In this document: piece after piece, positions 13,067 to 25,132 of the stretch
How positions within the stretch are numbered: position 1 is the stretch's first letter
How the letters are laid out: each line of letters begins with the position of its first letter
DNA from: Podarcis tiliguerta
Lineage: Eukaryota
Reading direction: 5' to 3' (one strand)
Assembly: GCA_965153285.1 (NCBI GenBank)
Contig: OZ229121.1
Length of the DNA stretch: 64,000 nt
Program-made: the position numbers and the translations under genes
The notes under the pieces: model-generated
What the model was told of the DNA's origin: nothing
Seen by the model: only the letters and a program-made list of their open reading frames with translations
Databases searched by the model: none

Positions 13067-13297
13067 CAGGGGTAGACAACCTAAGGCCCAATCGCCATCT
13101 CAATCCAGCCCGTGGACGGTCCGGGAATCAGCGTGTTTTTACATGAGTAGAATGTGTCCTTTTATTTAAAATGCATCTATGGGTTATTTGTGGGGCACAG
13201 GAATTCATTCATTTTTTCCTCAAAATACAGTCCGGCCCACCACATGGTCTGAGGGATGGTGGACCGGCCCACGGCTGAAAAAGGTTGCTGACCCCTG
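13067..13297. mobile_element. hAT (Charlie/OC1-like) MITE
   Basis: TIRs CAGGGGTAGACAACCT / AGGTTGCTGACCCCTG; 8-bp TSD gcctgaac/gcctaaac. Confidence 0.85.
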
Positions 13298-13429
13298 GCC
13301 TAAACAGTGAATCGGGAAGATCCCAGTTCTCTCTCCTGCCATGATCTTACTGTTAGCTTTAGGCAAACAACTCACTGAACTTCTGTTTCCCCATTTGCAG
13401 TAGGGGTGGCAACACTATTGACCTCCTTC

Positions 13430-13697
13430 CAGGGGCAGAGGAAGGGGTGTGTGGTGGGGATGGTCCGCCCTGGATGTCACCACTGAGGGGGTTGACAAAA
13501 TGCCGGGTGGCACTCACTGAGGAGCCTGCAGCGTGCCTGAGCCATGCGTCTTGCGCTGCTCCAAACGGTCCGCCCACCGCTTCCCCCTCAGCTGTAGAGC
13601 GGCTGAGTGGGAGGAGGCAGGCAGACTCCTCAGAGGCCCCCGCAGAGTGTCCTGCCCCGGCTCGCCCCAGGCGTCTGATCTGTTTGCTCCACCACTG
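13430..13697. mobile_element. GC-rich hAT MITE
   Basis: CAGGGGCAGAG...CTCCACCACTG termini; 8-bp TSD cctccttc/cttccttc. Confidence 0.7.
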
Positions 13698-14115
13698 CTT
13701 CCTTCATAGGATTGTTCTTAGGATTACAACCAAAAAAAGTATGTGACACACTTTGAGTACTTGCTAGCACTATGCAAATGTTCAGTATCATCATCATCTT
13801 TATCACCATTCTTACTAACCAAACATGCGGATGATTGAAGTTCATGTCTAATTTTGCAGTTCGCGTATCTGTCAGATTCTGAGATTTTTTTTTACTTCTC
13901 ATTTGAAAGGATTATTGCCTTTCATTAACTGTGCCCTTTCTTGTGCTTCATTCAGATGGTGGGCTATCCAAGTTTACATGTTGTGTAAGATAGAAGGCTT
14001 TATCACACTGAAGAATGATCTTCAGGTCTAATGCTTACTTCTTAAACATGGATAGTTAAGCTGTCATAACAGTTTGCATTGGTGTAAACTGTATTAATGT
14101 GCATCTTGAAATAAT

Positions 14116-14423
14116 TAGGGTTGCCATACGTCTGGAATTTCCCGGATATATCCAGAACACTGCATTCAGCAGCAGCGTCCAGGCAGAAATTGGCTAAATA
14201 TCTGGGGAAATCCATACATATGGCAGCCTATGTTGATTGATTTCCCATAAATATAGCTCAAAAACAACTTTGAACAAAAGTTCAAAGTTCAAAAGAACAA
14301 AAAAAAAAAGCCCAACAAATTTGCAACACCCCCTCCCCCCAAAAGCAGCTCAACAACTGTGCCAAAAGGAAGCTCGGTGGCTTTTCTGTCTGGATTTTCA
14401 CTATTTGAAATATGGCAACCCTA
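14116..14423. mobile_element. hAT (Tip100-like) MITE
   Basis: Perfect 13-bp TIR TAGGGTTGCCATA / TATGGCAACCCTA; degenerate 8-bp TSD gaaataat/gaaaaatt. Confidence 0.8.
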
Positions 14424-16833
14424 GAAAAATTGAAATTGTAAAGCAAAAGCCACCTGACAGGTGCTTCTACATCTCTAAAGATGAGTTTAAAATGATCAGA
14501 GAGATGGATATTCATAATAAAACGAGTGTCTGTTTTGTGAAATTTTGGGTGGAATAAAGAATGAATTCACTTTATTTATTCTTGGAAAAACTCATACATT
14601 CACCAAGGACTATATCAAACTGTTTCCCTGCACTGACAGAAATATCTTTGATCCAGAGTGAATTGAAATGAGGAGGAGGTGGTTTTTGCAAATTCCCCTT
14701 TCTCCTGAATCCTCTTACTATGTTGCAGAGCAGGTGTGTCCCTCAATCCTCTGGGTCAAATAACTTTCTATCAGATGAAGGAACACAACTGGATGCACCC
14801 TTTATTGTATTGTTTTGTAAATGTCATTCTACTGAGAGGAAAATAGTTAATCTTAGTCTATCTCTAGTATTAGTTCTCATTAAGTGCTAGTGACACATTT
14901 CCCCCCCTAAACCAATTTTTGACAATATTTTCCTTGTATGATCTTTTACATTTCCTTCCCACGATGCATGCTAATGCCAGAATTACTGCTGGCACACTTG
15001 TGTTTGGGAATTATCCTGTAATTCTGGGAAGGATACTTATTTTAAAAAGGAGTGCAACAACACTCAAACTTTGGTTGTGCCAGCTGGGTGAGAAACAGCA
15101 ACAGGCAGCAAAAGCCTATTTTCCATTCCCAACAAGCCTTGTCACATAACTTCTTCTTTTTTAGTGAGCTGTCTGAAATGCTTCCAGCAATACAGTGGTT
15201 TTAGTAACTATCATTAAAAATAATATATCACCCATTTCTTTGCACTGGGACATACAGACCATCCACAGTTTCTTATCACGGTTGTTTTGTTCTTTAATAA
15301 AGTTCAGGTCTGGAAAGTAAACAAAAGGTTAAAATGTTCTTAAGAAATTTGCCTAATACACACCCATTAGACACTAATAATGGAATGTTAGAAAGAAATA
15401 GGAATTACCCTCTGCACCTTCAGTTCCAAACACAGATACAAAGGGATAAATTTGCATCAAGCAGTCTGCTTTCTAATCTCAAACAGAAGTGTAAATCAGA
15501 TGTTAAACCATCAACCACCTAAAAGAACAAGTATATTTAAGCTTCTGTGTGGTGATTTGAAATACCGGATTTCAAAAATATTGTGCTGGCAAATCGCAAC
15601 GTGTCTCCTTTTGGTGGGGGGGGAACCAATACACTGGTTTTAACATCTAATTTCCTGTCCTTATCTTCTTTTTGCCAGCTCACAGTAAGAAGCATTGGAG
15701 GAAAGTCTCCTTTTCTTTCCTGACTTAAATATTCCCAGGGAGGTTTTCCCCCCACTACAACTGGCTAGCCCATTATGTCCTTAAGTCTGCCAAGCTTGCC
15801 AAAACTCAGCAGGTAGCCCACATGGTATGCATTTCTGTGTGAGAAAGCTTGTCCTGATGTGGACAAGATGTGTTTTTAAATTAAAAAAAAACCCTGCAAC
15901 TGGCCCAAAAGTGCTTAAAAAAATCATCTCCTCTAAAATCTGGACAGATACAAAGAATGGTGCTGATCAAACATTTTTGTAGGCTGATTGTATCAGTTAT
16001 AATGATGCATATAGCCCAGAGAAGAGAAATGTGGTTTCCTAAATTGATTTCTACATGACACATTCCTATTTAGTGGACTTTTAAAAAAAAAATAAAAAAA
16101 ATCCTGTAGTATGAATAGAACTGTTTTTCTCCTGCAAGTCTGCATATGTTGGAATTTCATGCCGAACCTGCTGAGTGACACACAATTATGAGGATTCAGT
16201 TATATTTTAAAGGAAATTTCTAGCCTTCAGAGTCAGACTCGTGGAAAATTGGCTTGGAAACCTTCAGACAGTACCTGCACGTCAGGCCCTCGAGTCAGGT
16301 TTATTTATTACGATTGTTTATTTGAAGAATTTTTTACCTCACTTCTCAGCCGAAAAGGCTCCCAGAGTGGCTTACCTAAGGCAACAAAAACAAGACAGAC
16401 TGCCTGCAGGCTTACAGTTTAAGACACGACATAAAAGCAAAAATGGAGGCGGAGGAGGGAGAAGTCAAGAAAACCGAGGTGCAGTTCTTACAGTTACATG
16501 GTAGTTCCTATAATGACTAGCTGGTATTCAAAGTGTTTGGGGATTGGTGTAGCCCTGATGCCCGACTCTGATGGAATGGCTGCTGCCAGGTGACGTAGAG
16601 GAAGAGAGGAGCCTGATGTAGTTAGCTTGTCTGCAGAAGCGCCAGCTTCTCCAGAGGAATGAGGAGCCCTGACATTGCAAGGAGACAGGGGGCAGAGCTG
16701 AACGCCCTCTCAAAATTGAGGGGCCCCAGCTTCCTCAAAAAATATGTTCAGGGTGCCAAGACTGCCTCAGACCCTAGCAGTCGGCACCTATGCTTCTCTG
16801 CATATTTATTTGCTGGTTGTAAGGCAGTTAAAA

Positions 16834-17183
16834 GGGACGTGGGTGGTGCTGTGGGTTAAACCACAGAGCCTAGGACTTGCCGATCAGAAGGTCAGCGGTT
16901 CGAATCCCCGCGACGGGGTGAGCTCCCATTGCTCGGTCCCTGCTCCTGCCAACCTAGCAGTTCAAAAGCACGTCAAAGTGCAAGCAGATAAATAGGTACC
17001 GCTCTGGCAGGAAGGTAAATGGCATTTCTGTGCGCTGCTCTGGTTTGCCAGAAGCGGCTTAGTCATGCTGGCCACATGGCCCAGAAGCTGTACGCCGGCT
17101 GCCTCAGCCAGTAAAGTGAGATGAGCGCCGCAACCCCAGAGTTGGCCGTGACTAGACCTAATGGTCAGGGGTCCCTTTACCTT
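16834..17183 (+). mobile_element. Sauria SINE, full length (subfamily 1)
   Basis: Full body; TSD taaggcagttaaa/taaggcagctaaa. Confidence 0.94.
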
Positions 17184-17260
17184 TAAGGCAGCTAAAGCCT
17201 GAGGGACTAGGCAAGCTTAAAGACCAGCAAGGAGGGAAGACCTAATGACCTTGTGTTGAC

Positions 17261-17388
17261 CAGTATTGCTCAACCTTGGGTCGCAGGTGTTACTGGACTA
17301 CAACTTCCACCATACACTTAGTCAATGCTCAGGGATGAAGGTGGTTGCAGCCTGGCAATATCTGAAGACCCAAAGTCGAAGAACAGTG
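17261..17388. mobile_element. Short hAT foldback MITE (gactacaactccc family), degenerate
   Basis: ggactacaacttccaccat...gggatgaaggtggttgcagcc inverted arms; same family as 56207. Confidence 0.55.
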
Positions 17389-17747
17389 GTCTAGACTGAG
17401 GGAAGGCAGCAGGTCTGGGAGATTTATGTCAGTTGGTGGTGCTATAGTGGTCACCTGACTCCCCACAACAAGAGGCTTATGTGCATATGCCAGCTGGAAC
17501 TGTTGGCCATTCCCTTATGTAGCCAGCAGCCTTGGTGGTTCAGGGTACAGAGAGCCTTGTCTATATAGTTCCTGATTCAAGCCCAGGGCTGCTCCCACTA
17601 GAGCTATAAAGTTCTTAGGCAGGAATCTCTAGGTCCTGCCTGCCAATCATGCTCTCCCAGTGTTACCACTTAATTTAGCATTATGTCTCTCATTAGCATC
17701 TCACCATTTTACCAAACCCCCATTGTTCTGCAAAACACAAATTCTTA

Positions 17748-17868
17748 GGGTGGTATTCAATGCTAGTCTTATGCAGGGTAGACCCATTGACGTTAATAGT
17801 CAAGACTAACCTAGGTTAAATTAATTTCAGTGTTTCTACTCTAGGTAGGACTTAGTTGAATACAACCC
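17748..17868. mobile_element. Short palindromic MITE
   Basis: gggtggtattcaa...gtagacccattga / ttcagtgtttctac...ttgaatacaaccc. Confidence 0.65.
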
Positions 17869-18212
17869 TTTGCCATTTTCTTGTTTGGTTCTGTATGGAC
17901 AAGCCAGAATGAGACAAGAGTGAAGTGTTGGGTTCATACACTTCCCTGTTCTCCTCCTTCCACGCAGCTATGAGGAGGTTCTTCACCAGAGCTTATTTTT
18001 GCATTTACTGAATCCTGCTTAGCATTATGCCCACACCAGGAATCCTGGTTTAAAACAAACTGATAAGTTTTGACAGGTCAGCTTCAAGCCATTGATTATG
18101 AGACTGGCTTATTAAATTAATGGTTTAGCATTATGTGTGAACACAGCCATTGTTTGTTTTAACTATTTATATCTCACCTTTTATGGCATAGGATTAGATG
18201 CAGACTAAGCTA

Positions 18213-18508
18213 GGGCTTATCTACACTTACCTTTTGCCTCACTCTTTCCAGGCACAGGTCCACGCTTAAAAGCTCTGTGTCGGAACAGTTTTTTGTTTTT
18301 CTTTTGCCATGAGTTTTCCTGGTGAAAACCCTGCTTTTTAATGCTCAGTCAGAGCATATGTCAATTCGGGTTCTCTGCAGATTGACGTTTGCTCTGACTG
18401 ACCTTCAGAGAGTGGGGTTTTCATGGGGAGCAAAAAAGGGGTGCTTGAATACGAAGTTTTAAAGCATGCACCATGCCTGGAAAGAGCAGAGGAAAAATAG
18501 GTGTGGAA
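18213..18508. mobile_element. ~295 bp foldback (palindromic) DNA element
   Basis: ctctttccaggca (18242) pairs with tgcctggaaagag (18474); cagtcagagcatatgtcaat (18346) pairs with attgacgtttgctctgactg (18381). Confidence 0.65.
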
Positions 18509-18640
18509 CTGAGGTACCAGTGAAATCAATAGTGAAAAGTTAATCATCACTTAGGTCCTATTGAAATTAATAGGTCTTAAGTACAAGAAAGCTAGGCGGC
18601 AATTCTCTGCTCATTTACCTGGGAGTAAGTCCTATTAAGA

Positions 18641-18990
18641 GGGATGCGGGTGGCGCTGTGGGTTAAACCACAGAGCCTAGGACTTGCCGATCAGAAGGTG
18701 GACGGTTCAAATTCCCACGACTGGGTGAGCTCCCATTGCTCAGTCCCTGCTCCTGTCAACCTAACAGTTTGAAAGCACGTCAAAGTGCAACTAGATAAAT
18801 AGTTACCACTCTGGCGAGAAGGTAAACAGCGTTTCTGTGCGCTGCTCTGGTTTGCCAGAAGTGGCTTAGTCATGCTGGCCACATGACCCAGAAGCTGTAC
18901 ACCTGCTCCCTCGGCCAATAAAGCGAGATGAGCGCTGCAACCCCAGAGTCGGTCACGACCGAACCTAATGGTCAGGGGTCCCTTTACCTT
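18641..18990 (+). mobile_element. Sauria SINE, full length (subfamily 1)
   Basis: TSD taagtcctattaa/taagttctattaa. Confidence 0.94.
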
Positions 18991-20398
18991 TAAGTTCTAT
19001 TAAACTCACTGCAATTTACTTTGATCAGTGATTTTCTTGAAAATTAATTCCTGTGCAAATTGCTCTGCATATGGTAGTTTGCATCAGAAAATTTTCAGAT
19101 TTTTTGCCCAGAATATCTTCTCTGGGCATAACACAAATTCAATATTATATTTCGTATGTTTTCAAACTTACTTACATTATATTATTATAATTATCTGATC
19201 AAAGGGCTAACTTTGTACTGGATTCTGTGAGCTGTATTGACTAGATGGTCTCATATTTTTGGTTTATGCTTTTTCTGCCCCTAAAGTTTGACAACTTGGT
19301 TGCCTGTACCATTTGGCAAATTGTTCACACTTTAGCTGGTATCATGGTGCTAAGGACTTTCCCATTTTTCTTCATAAGTGTCAATTTTGAAGTTTCATTT
19401 TATCCTATTATAGGTGAACAAGGCTCATAATTTATGTGTCATACTGACAGGCTACAAATAATAAAGCCTCTTGGACGAAAAAGTAAGAAAATTATTGAGC
19501 GTGTTAATAGCAATCTTCAAGAGATTACTTCTCATAAATTTTGTATCAGAGCACCCTCATTTTTAAGAAAGCATAGAAGTCTCTGATTATACATCTGACC
19601 TTGATATTGTTTGTGGCATTGACTTCCAGGCTTAGTCTGGTAAAAACAGAAAGCTTGTATTGTAGGCAATACAAGTTTAAATGACAATATATGTGTGTGT
19701 TTGTGTGTAATTATTATTACTAAACAGGAGAGGCAAGGTGAGTCCGACCCTAACGAAAACATGGCAGAAAGGACTCTTGTAAACGAAACAGGAGTACTTT
19801 CAGAAACAATCCAAATTGTATATTTTGGGACTTGTGATTTATGTAAGGTCAGACCATATATTTAAAATGCATTCAACACACACTTTTAAAGCACATGTTT
19901 TCCCTCAAAGAATCCTGGGAATTGTAGTTTGTTAAGGATACTGAGAATTGTAACTCTGTGAAGGTGAAAGGACCTTTCTCGGGATTCTCTGGGCAGAGTC
20001 ACATGCTTTATGGGGTGTATTGCCCAAGTATTGTTTAAATGGAAGTTTTCTCGGTGCAGTCCACAGTCCAGCATTAAAGCACATGCTTTAATTGGAAACA
20101 GGAGAGCACTAAGGAATATTTGGACCAAAGTCATTATTTCATACCGGCCCTTACGGATCCAGTCCAGAAATAATCTAGGTTTATTGGATTTTTTTATCAC
20201 TTGAATATTTTACTGGATGATATCCAACTTACCCCACCTCACTAGGTCCAGGATTCTCATGCTAGCATTGTTCATGGGTATCACTGGTCTCTGCCAAAGC
20301 ACAAGGCTTTAGCCTGGGCACAGCTGTATCATTGGCCCCTGGAGACTTTCACTTCTGTGTTGAGAGAGGCCATAACTGGACCTTGCTAGACGTGGGCC

Positions 20399-20703
20399 CA
20401 GTGGCATAGCGTGGGTTGTCAGCACCCGGGGCAAGGCAAGTAATTTGCGCCCCCCCCGCTGCACTGTCCCTCCCCCAGATAGTCCCTCGCTCTCTCTCTG
20501 TACCGCACCGCACGCCTGGCACCCTCCCCTCCACAGTGGGCGGCGACCCGGCGGCACGGATCGGATTCGCACAGCCAGCACTGCAGTGAGAGAGAGTGAG
20601 TGAGCCAGGTAGGGGCAGAGAGCTGCGAGTGCGAGCGCCCCGCCCCCCAGATGTTGCACCCGGTGTGGCCGGCTCCCCCTGCACCCCCCACGCTACACCA
20701 CTG
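20399..20703. mobile_element. Young GC-rich hAT MITE
   Basis: TIRs CAGTGGCATAGCGTGGG / CCCACGCTACACCACTG; perfect 8-bp TSD cgtgggcc; many CpGs retained. Confidence 0.88.
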
Positions 20704-23700
20704 CGTGGGCCAGGGCTTGGCACACCGGCATGGGTTTCTTCATCTCTTTATCCTAACTCCACGAAAACGTGAGAGTGCAAACATATTCAAGGAAATTATT
20801 AAAAAGTTGCACAGAAATCGTATTGCATTGGTTCTACCATACTGAGGTTGAGCGACACATTACGATTTCCCTGTTTCTGTCAGTAGGGGACACACACCAA
20901 TGCTAGCATTAAACAATTCTCAAAATTCAGATTAGATATTTAAAAAGTTCTCATGCTTGGCTGGTTGGGGGAAAGCTGGCTTATAGCATGGCTTTTTAGA
21001 AACCTTGCTATGTCCTAAATGTTAGTAAACGGGAAAATATACATTTTTGTAATATATGCAAATGACCTACAACTCCCTGCATCCCCTTTTGGGAAAGCTG
21101 GATCTTGGGTTAAACAACAGCATGCATAGAAAAGAAGGTTAGAGCAGCCATTTCTTAGTTAACACCGTGAATACAGTATTCAACAGCTCCACCCGACTCC
21201 TGCGCCTGGTCTTCCTGCTTGTTCTGAGCCCGGCTGTGAACTATTTTCATTTCAAAGAGTTTTATTCGTTGTATTTTGTTCATTCATTCATGCGCCATCT
21301 GTGGTTTTCGCACTTCACTTTCATGTATATTTGGAAGGATTTGGTAGAATGATTGTGATCAGCTAACATTTGATAGCCTGTTGTCATCCAGTTGATTTAG
21401 CTTTTAGGTCTGTTTCTTCCATTAGCTTTTGTCTTCCCATCGTTGCCAAGAGCTTTGCAGAATAGTTTTCATCCTTCCTTTATCTGCCATATTAGCTACT
21501 CAACAGGACTGGTTTTAAATTTTATGCTTTTTTCGTTTTGTGGCCATGTTGCCGCTATTAAATCATGTTACACTGGTGTTAATTTTCCATTCCATAGCTG
21601 GATATATGCAAATTTAATTTTGTTCTTAATCCTTGTCACCTGTTTTCTCTCAACACTCTTGAGTAGAACAGTGAGCAGTATGCATTGTTTGAATTTTCCT
21701 GCTGCCCTGTAGTCTGAATTTCTGTATCAGATGAAGCATATGAGAAACAGAAGGTCCAGGGAGGTAAACGTTGCCAGGACATTCAGATTCTGTATTTACT
21801 TTTGTATTGTGACGAATACTGGGCTCTGTACAGTGACAGGCGACTTCAGTGGATCTGAATATTTAGGTTATCTTATTGCTTGGATATGCTTGTTCTCTGT
21901 TTCTCTCTCTTTCTGTCACCACAGTTTTATAGCTATGCTCCAAAGGGTACCATCCATTGTTTCTAATTTCTGATAATCTTTGTAAAGATTTGATATACAC
22001 CAACGATATCAAAATATTTTATATGGTTTCACTTCATTTTAATTCTGTTCATCCTGCTTGAAGCTAAGTTCTTTATTAAGCAGAGTTCTGTTCATATGTA
22101 GGAATCTTAGAGCTTTGCTGTAACAGTTTTTTAGAAGGGATCTGGAAAGAGTTGGGCAGTTTTAGATAATGCTTTCAGGGAAAAGGTGACGCTCTAGACC
22201 TGGTGCACAATAGATTTATCACAAGTAGGGCTGTGTAAAATACATTGGCCTACATATACGGAGACATTTACTGGAAACTCGTAAATTTAAATTGCTTTTG
22301 CTCTATAAGAATTTAGAGGATTTGCACATTTTCATTGCTAGATCACTACCTTCAATGAATGGCAGAGGGAAATCTTTACAGTAAAATATGTCACAATATA
22401 TTTTGAAATGCGAATTTACAAATACGTTTGATATCATATATCTGACAGAAGGATAAATATCACGATCTAAATTGTTTATGCTTCCATTACAAGTTAAGGC
22501 CCTGTGGCATTTTAGTGAGACTGTGGGCAGGAAATCAAAAATATAACTGTGTGTTATATCAAAGCACAAGGTCTCTTTTTAAATAAATGAGACTCAAAAA
22601 CTTATTCATGCAGTTGTAAGAAAATGTTTTCTTTCTTGAATGTTTTGTAAATTCTGCAATATTTCTTTTAATAGAACAAAGTATTTCCTTATTCTGATCC
22701 AACATTCTCTGGCTTGGCTATCTGCGACCTACCTTACACGTGCTGACAACATCACAAGATCAGTTTGTACTTTTTTCCCAGAATGGCATATTTTCTCTGC
22801 ATCAAAAATATAGATGCACCCAAAACATAGTTGTTTTTATTGATAAAAAAATCCTACAACGGTTGAGGGGTTGTGCTATTTCACAAGGGTGCGTGCTATT
22901 TTATCCTTTGTTGCCATAATAGACTTTGAAAAGAGTATTCTACATTGTTTGGAGGGCAAAATAGTTTTGAATGAGCAAAGCAATAATACTGACCTCCAGA
23001 GGGCTCTGTTATACCATGTTATGCATGGAAGGGGGAAGGGAATTCTTGGACAAAGCTCCCAACAGTCTGGGCTTAGTCTGGTAAACAGACTAGGAATTGT
23101 GGGCAAAGTCCTTTTCCTCAGGCTTTGCATCAAGCATGAGATCAGATGACTCAGTCCGGACTCATTATTTTAATAGCCTACAGCTAGTTCACATAGCAGC
23201 GGGGGTCCGCAAAAAAAGGCCAGTTAATTGTTGAAACTCAAACTGGTACATTGTAACTGAGATTAGAGCATTCAGATATATGTATTAATAAAGTTTGTTT
23301 GCACAAGCAAGCAGAAAGTATAAAAATGCTGATATTGTAATAGCGAGTAAATAAAACATAGCTTCGCACACATTAAGACCCAATTAAAAAGCATGATTTC
23401 ATTTGAGAAACGCAAACTGTAAAGGTGACTTATATTTGCCAACTTTACTGCAGCTGTGCTTTACATTAGGAAATTAATTAAAATGGCAATTTATGCATTT
23501 TTCCCCACTTACAAGAAGGCCTTCCTAAATTGCGCTGCATATTTTCCCCTTGTATCACTATATATTATGGTACGGTTGTACAGCACAGTGTATTTTACAC
23601 TCCCATTTCCTGACCTTTTTTTCCACTTGAAATAAATTTAAAAACAACAGCCCCTGATTTACACGATAGTGATGATGAAGCAGATCAAGCAACGCTCAAG

Positions 23701-24470
23701 AAACTTCCTGCGGTCTGACTCAGACAGAGGGTATTCTTCTTCAAATGGCAGTCCTTTCCTATCACAGCAGATCGTTACAGGTCTTCCCGTAATTCCAGAG
23801 GAAGTGGGAAGCAACAGGATTAATTGATTTCTTCAAAGATACACACCCCCCCAACTATGTTTTCACCTTTTGCTGTGACTCCTATTTATCATTTCATCTC
23901 TATTATGTTTACATTTAAAAGAACTTTGTTGCACTAGCTTGTAAATTATCCAACTTTAGTTGTGCTTGGGTAAGTTGAGCTTGGGAAAGAATTGTCCAAA
24001 GTAAGACAGCGAGTCTACAGAAGGGGTTGGGCATGAAACCATAGGAACTGAAGGGTGCTCTGACAAACATACCTCAATTTATTTGATCCATGGTTATGAC
24101 GCTAGCAGGACAGATTGCTCTTGTAATACTCATTTTTAAAAAGCCTTATAATAACAGTTGCCACCTTCATAGCATACATTTAAAGCACCAGGTTACCACT
24201 TCCCCACCCCCCAAAAATGGATTCTGTTCGACTTCTGAGGTACGACTGTATTGTGAAATGTGGGGGGAAATGCATTTTCCAGCCCCACCACCAACAGTCA
24301 ACATTATGTGGAAACCGAGCATGCTGCCTATTCTTTGCTCCATTTGGTGGATTTCCTTCTTTAGTTGCCCACACACACACCATGGTGAGGTGTGGGGGTT
24401 TTTTTGTACTACTTGCAAACTTTATGGTTCCCGAAGCCTGCCGATACCTCCATTCCATGCATTTATAATG

Positions 24471-25132
24471 TATACCCTCCAACGTTCCTCATGAAAATAA
24501 GAACATTTCTCACTCCAACTCACCCTTCTCAACCCCCCCACCCCCGAGCGTCTCCTATCAGATGAAGGGCAAGTGCCACCAATGCAACACTAATGTGACA
24601 CAGCACATACACCCGCCACATTCCTGAGAAAACCCTTTAATCCTGATCTTATTTTATTTTATTCATTGGTAGATTTGCACACAAAAAACCACACACCAAT
24701 AAATAGTTAGAATAGGGGCAAGATTAGATGCGGCTGCACAAATGGTTTTTTTTAAACAAATCAAGACTAATTGCATTCCGCTCTGCTCCGCTCCCCCTTT
24801 CTTCCCATCTAGGGCAACCCTGCTCTTTGCCTGACCGTCAGAGCCAGTATGTGACATGGGGCTGGGCCTCAGCAGTGGCAGCCTCACCTGCTGTCCTGCA
24901 GCCACTATGAGCTACCCAAGGAAGGAGTTGGGTAGCAATGGCCATGGAGCAGCCATGGAGAGGCAATGGGATGCTCCCTTGCCGCTGCTTGAGACAAGTG
25001 CCAGCTGCTACTCAAGATTGGCAGCGGCACCACTGGCAGGGAAAATAGGGACATTCCAGGATCAAATCAGAAGCCGGGATGGCTTTCATAACTGGGACTG
25101 TCCCTAGAAAACCGGGACACTTGAAGGGTATG
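24471..25132. mobile_element. Non-autonomous DNA transposon (hAT-like) inserted in an older repeat
   Basis: Termini tATACCCTCCAA / TTGAAGGGTATG with subterminal gggac repeats; the flanks rejoin to match the 1.2-1.75 kb repeat. Confidence 0.6.

Larger units (their letters stand above)
13040..13800 (+). mobile_element. Old MIR/CORE-type SINE split by two hAT MITEs
   Basis: tRNA-like head (tgatgtaatgtagagcctgaac...gggaagatcccagttc), CORE-like ctgtttccccatttgcagtagggg, then ataggattgttcttaggattac resumes after the second MITE. Confidence 0.55.

Noticed and set aside
20309-20845. CpG-island promoter or GC-rich coding exon
   Set aside because: The GC-rich part coincides exactly with a TIR/TSD-bounded MITE.
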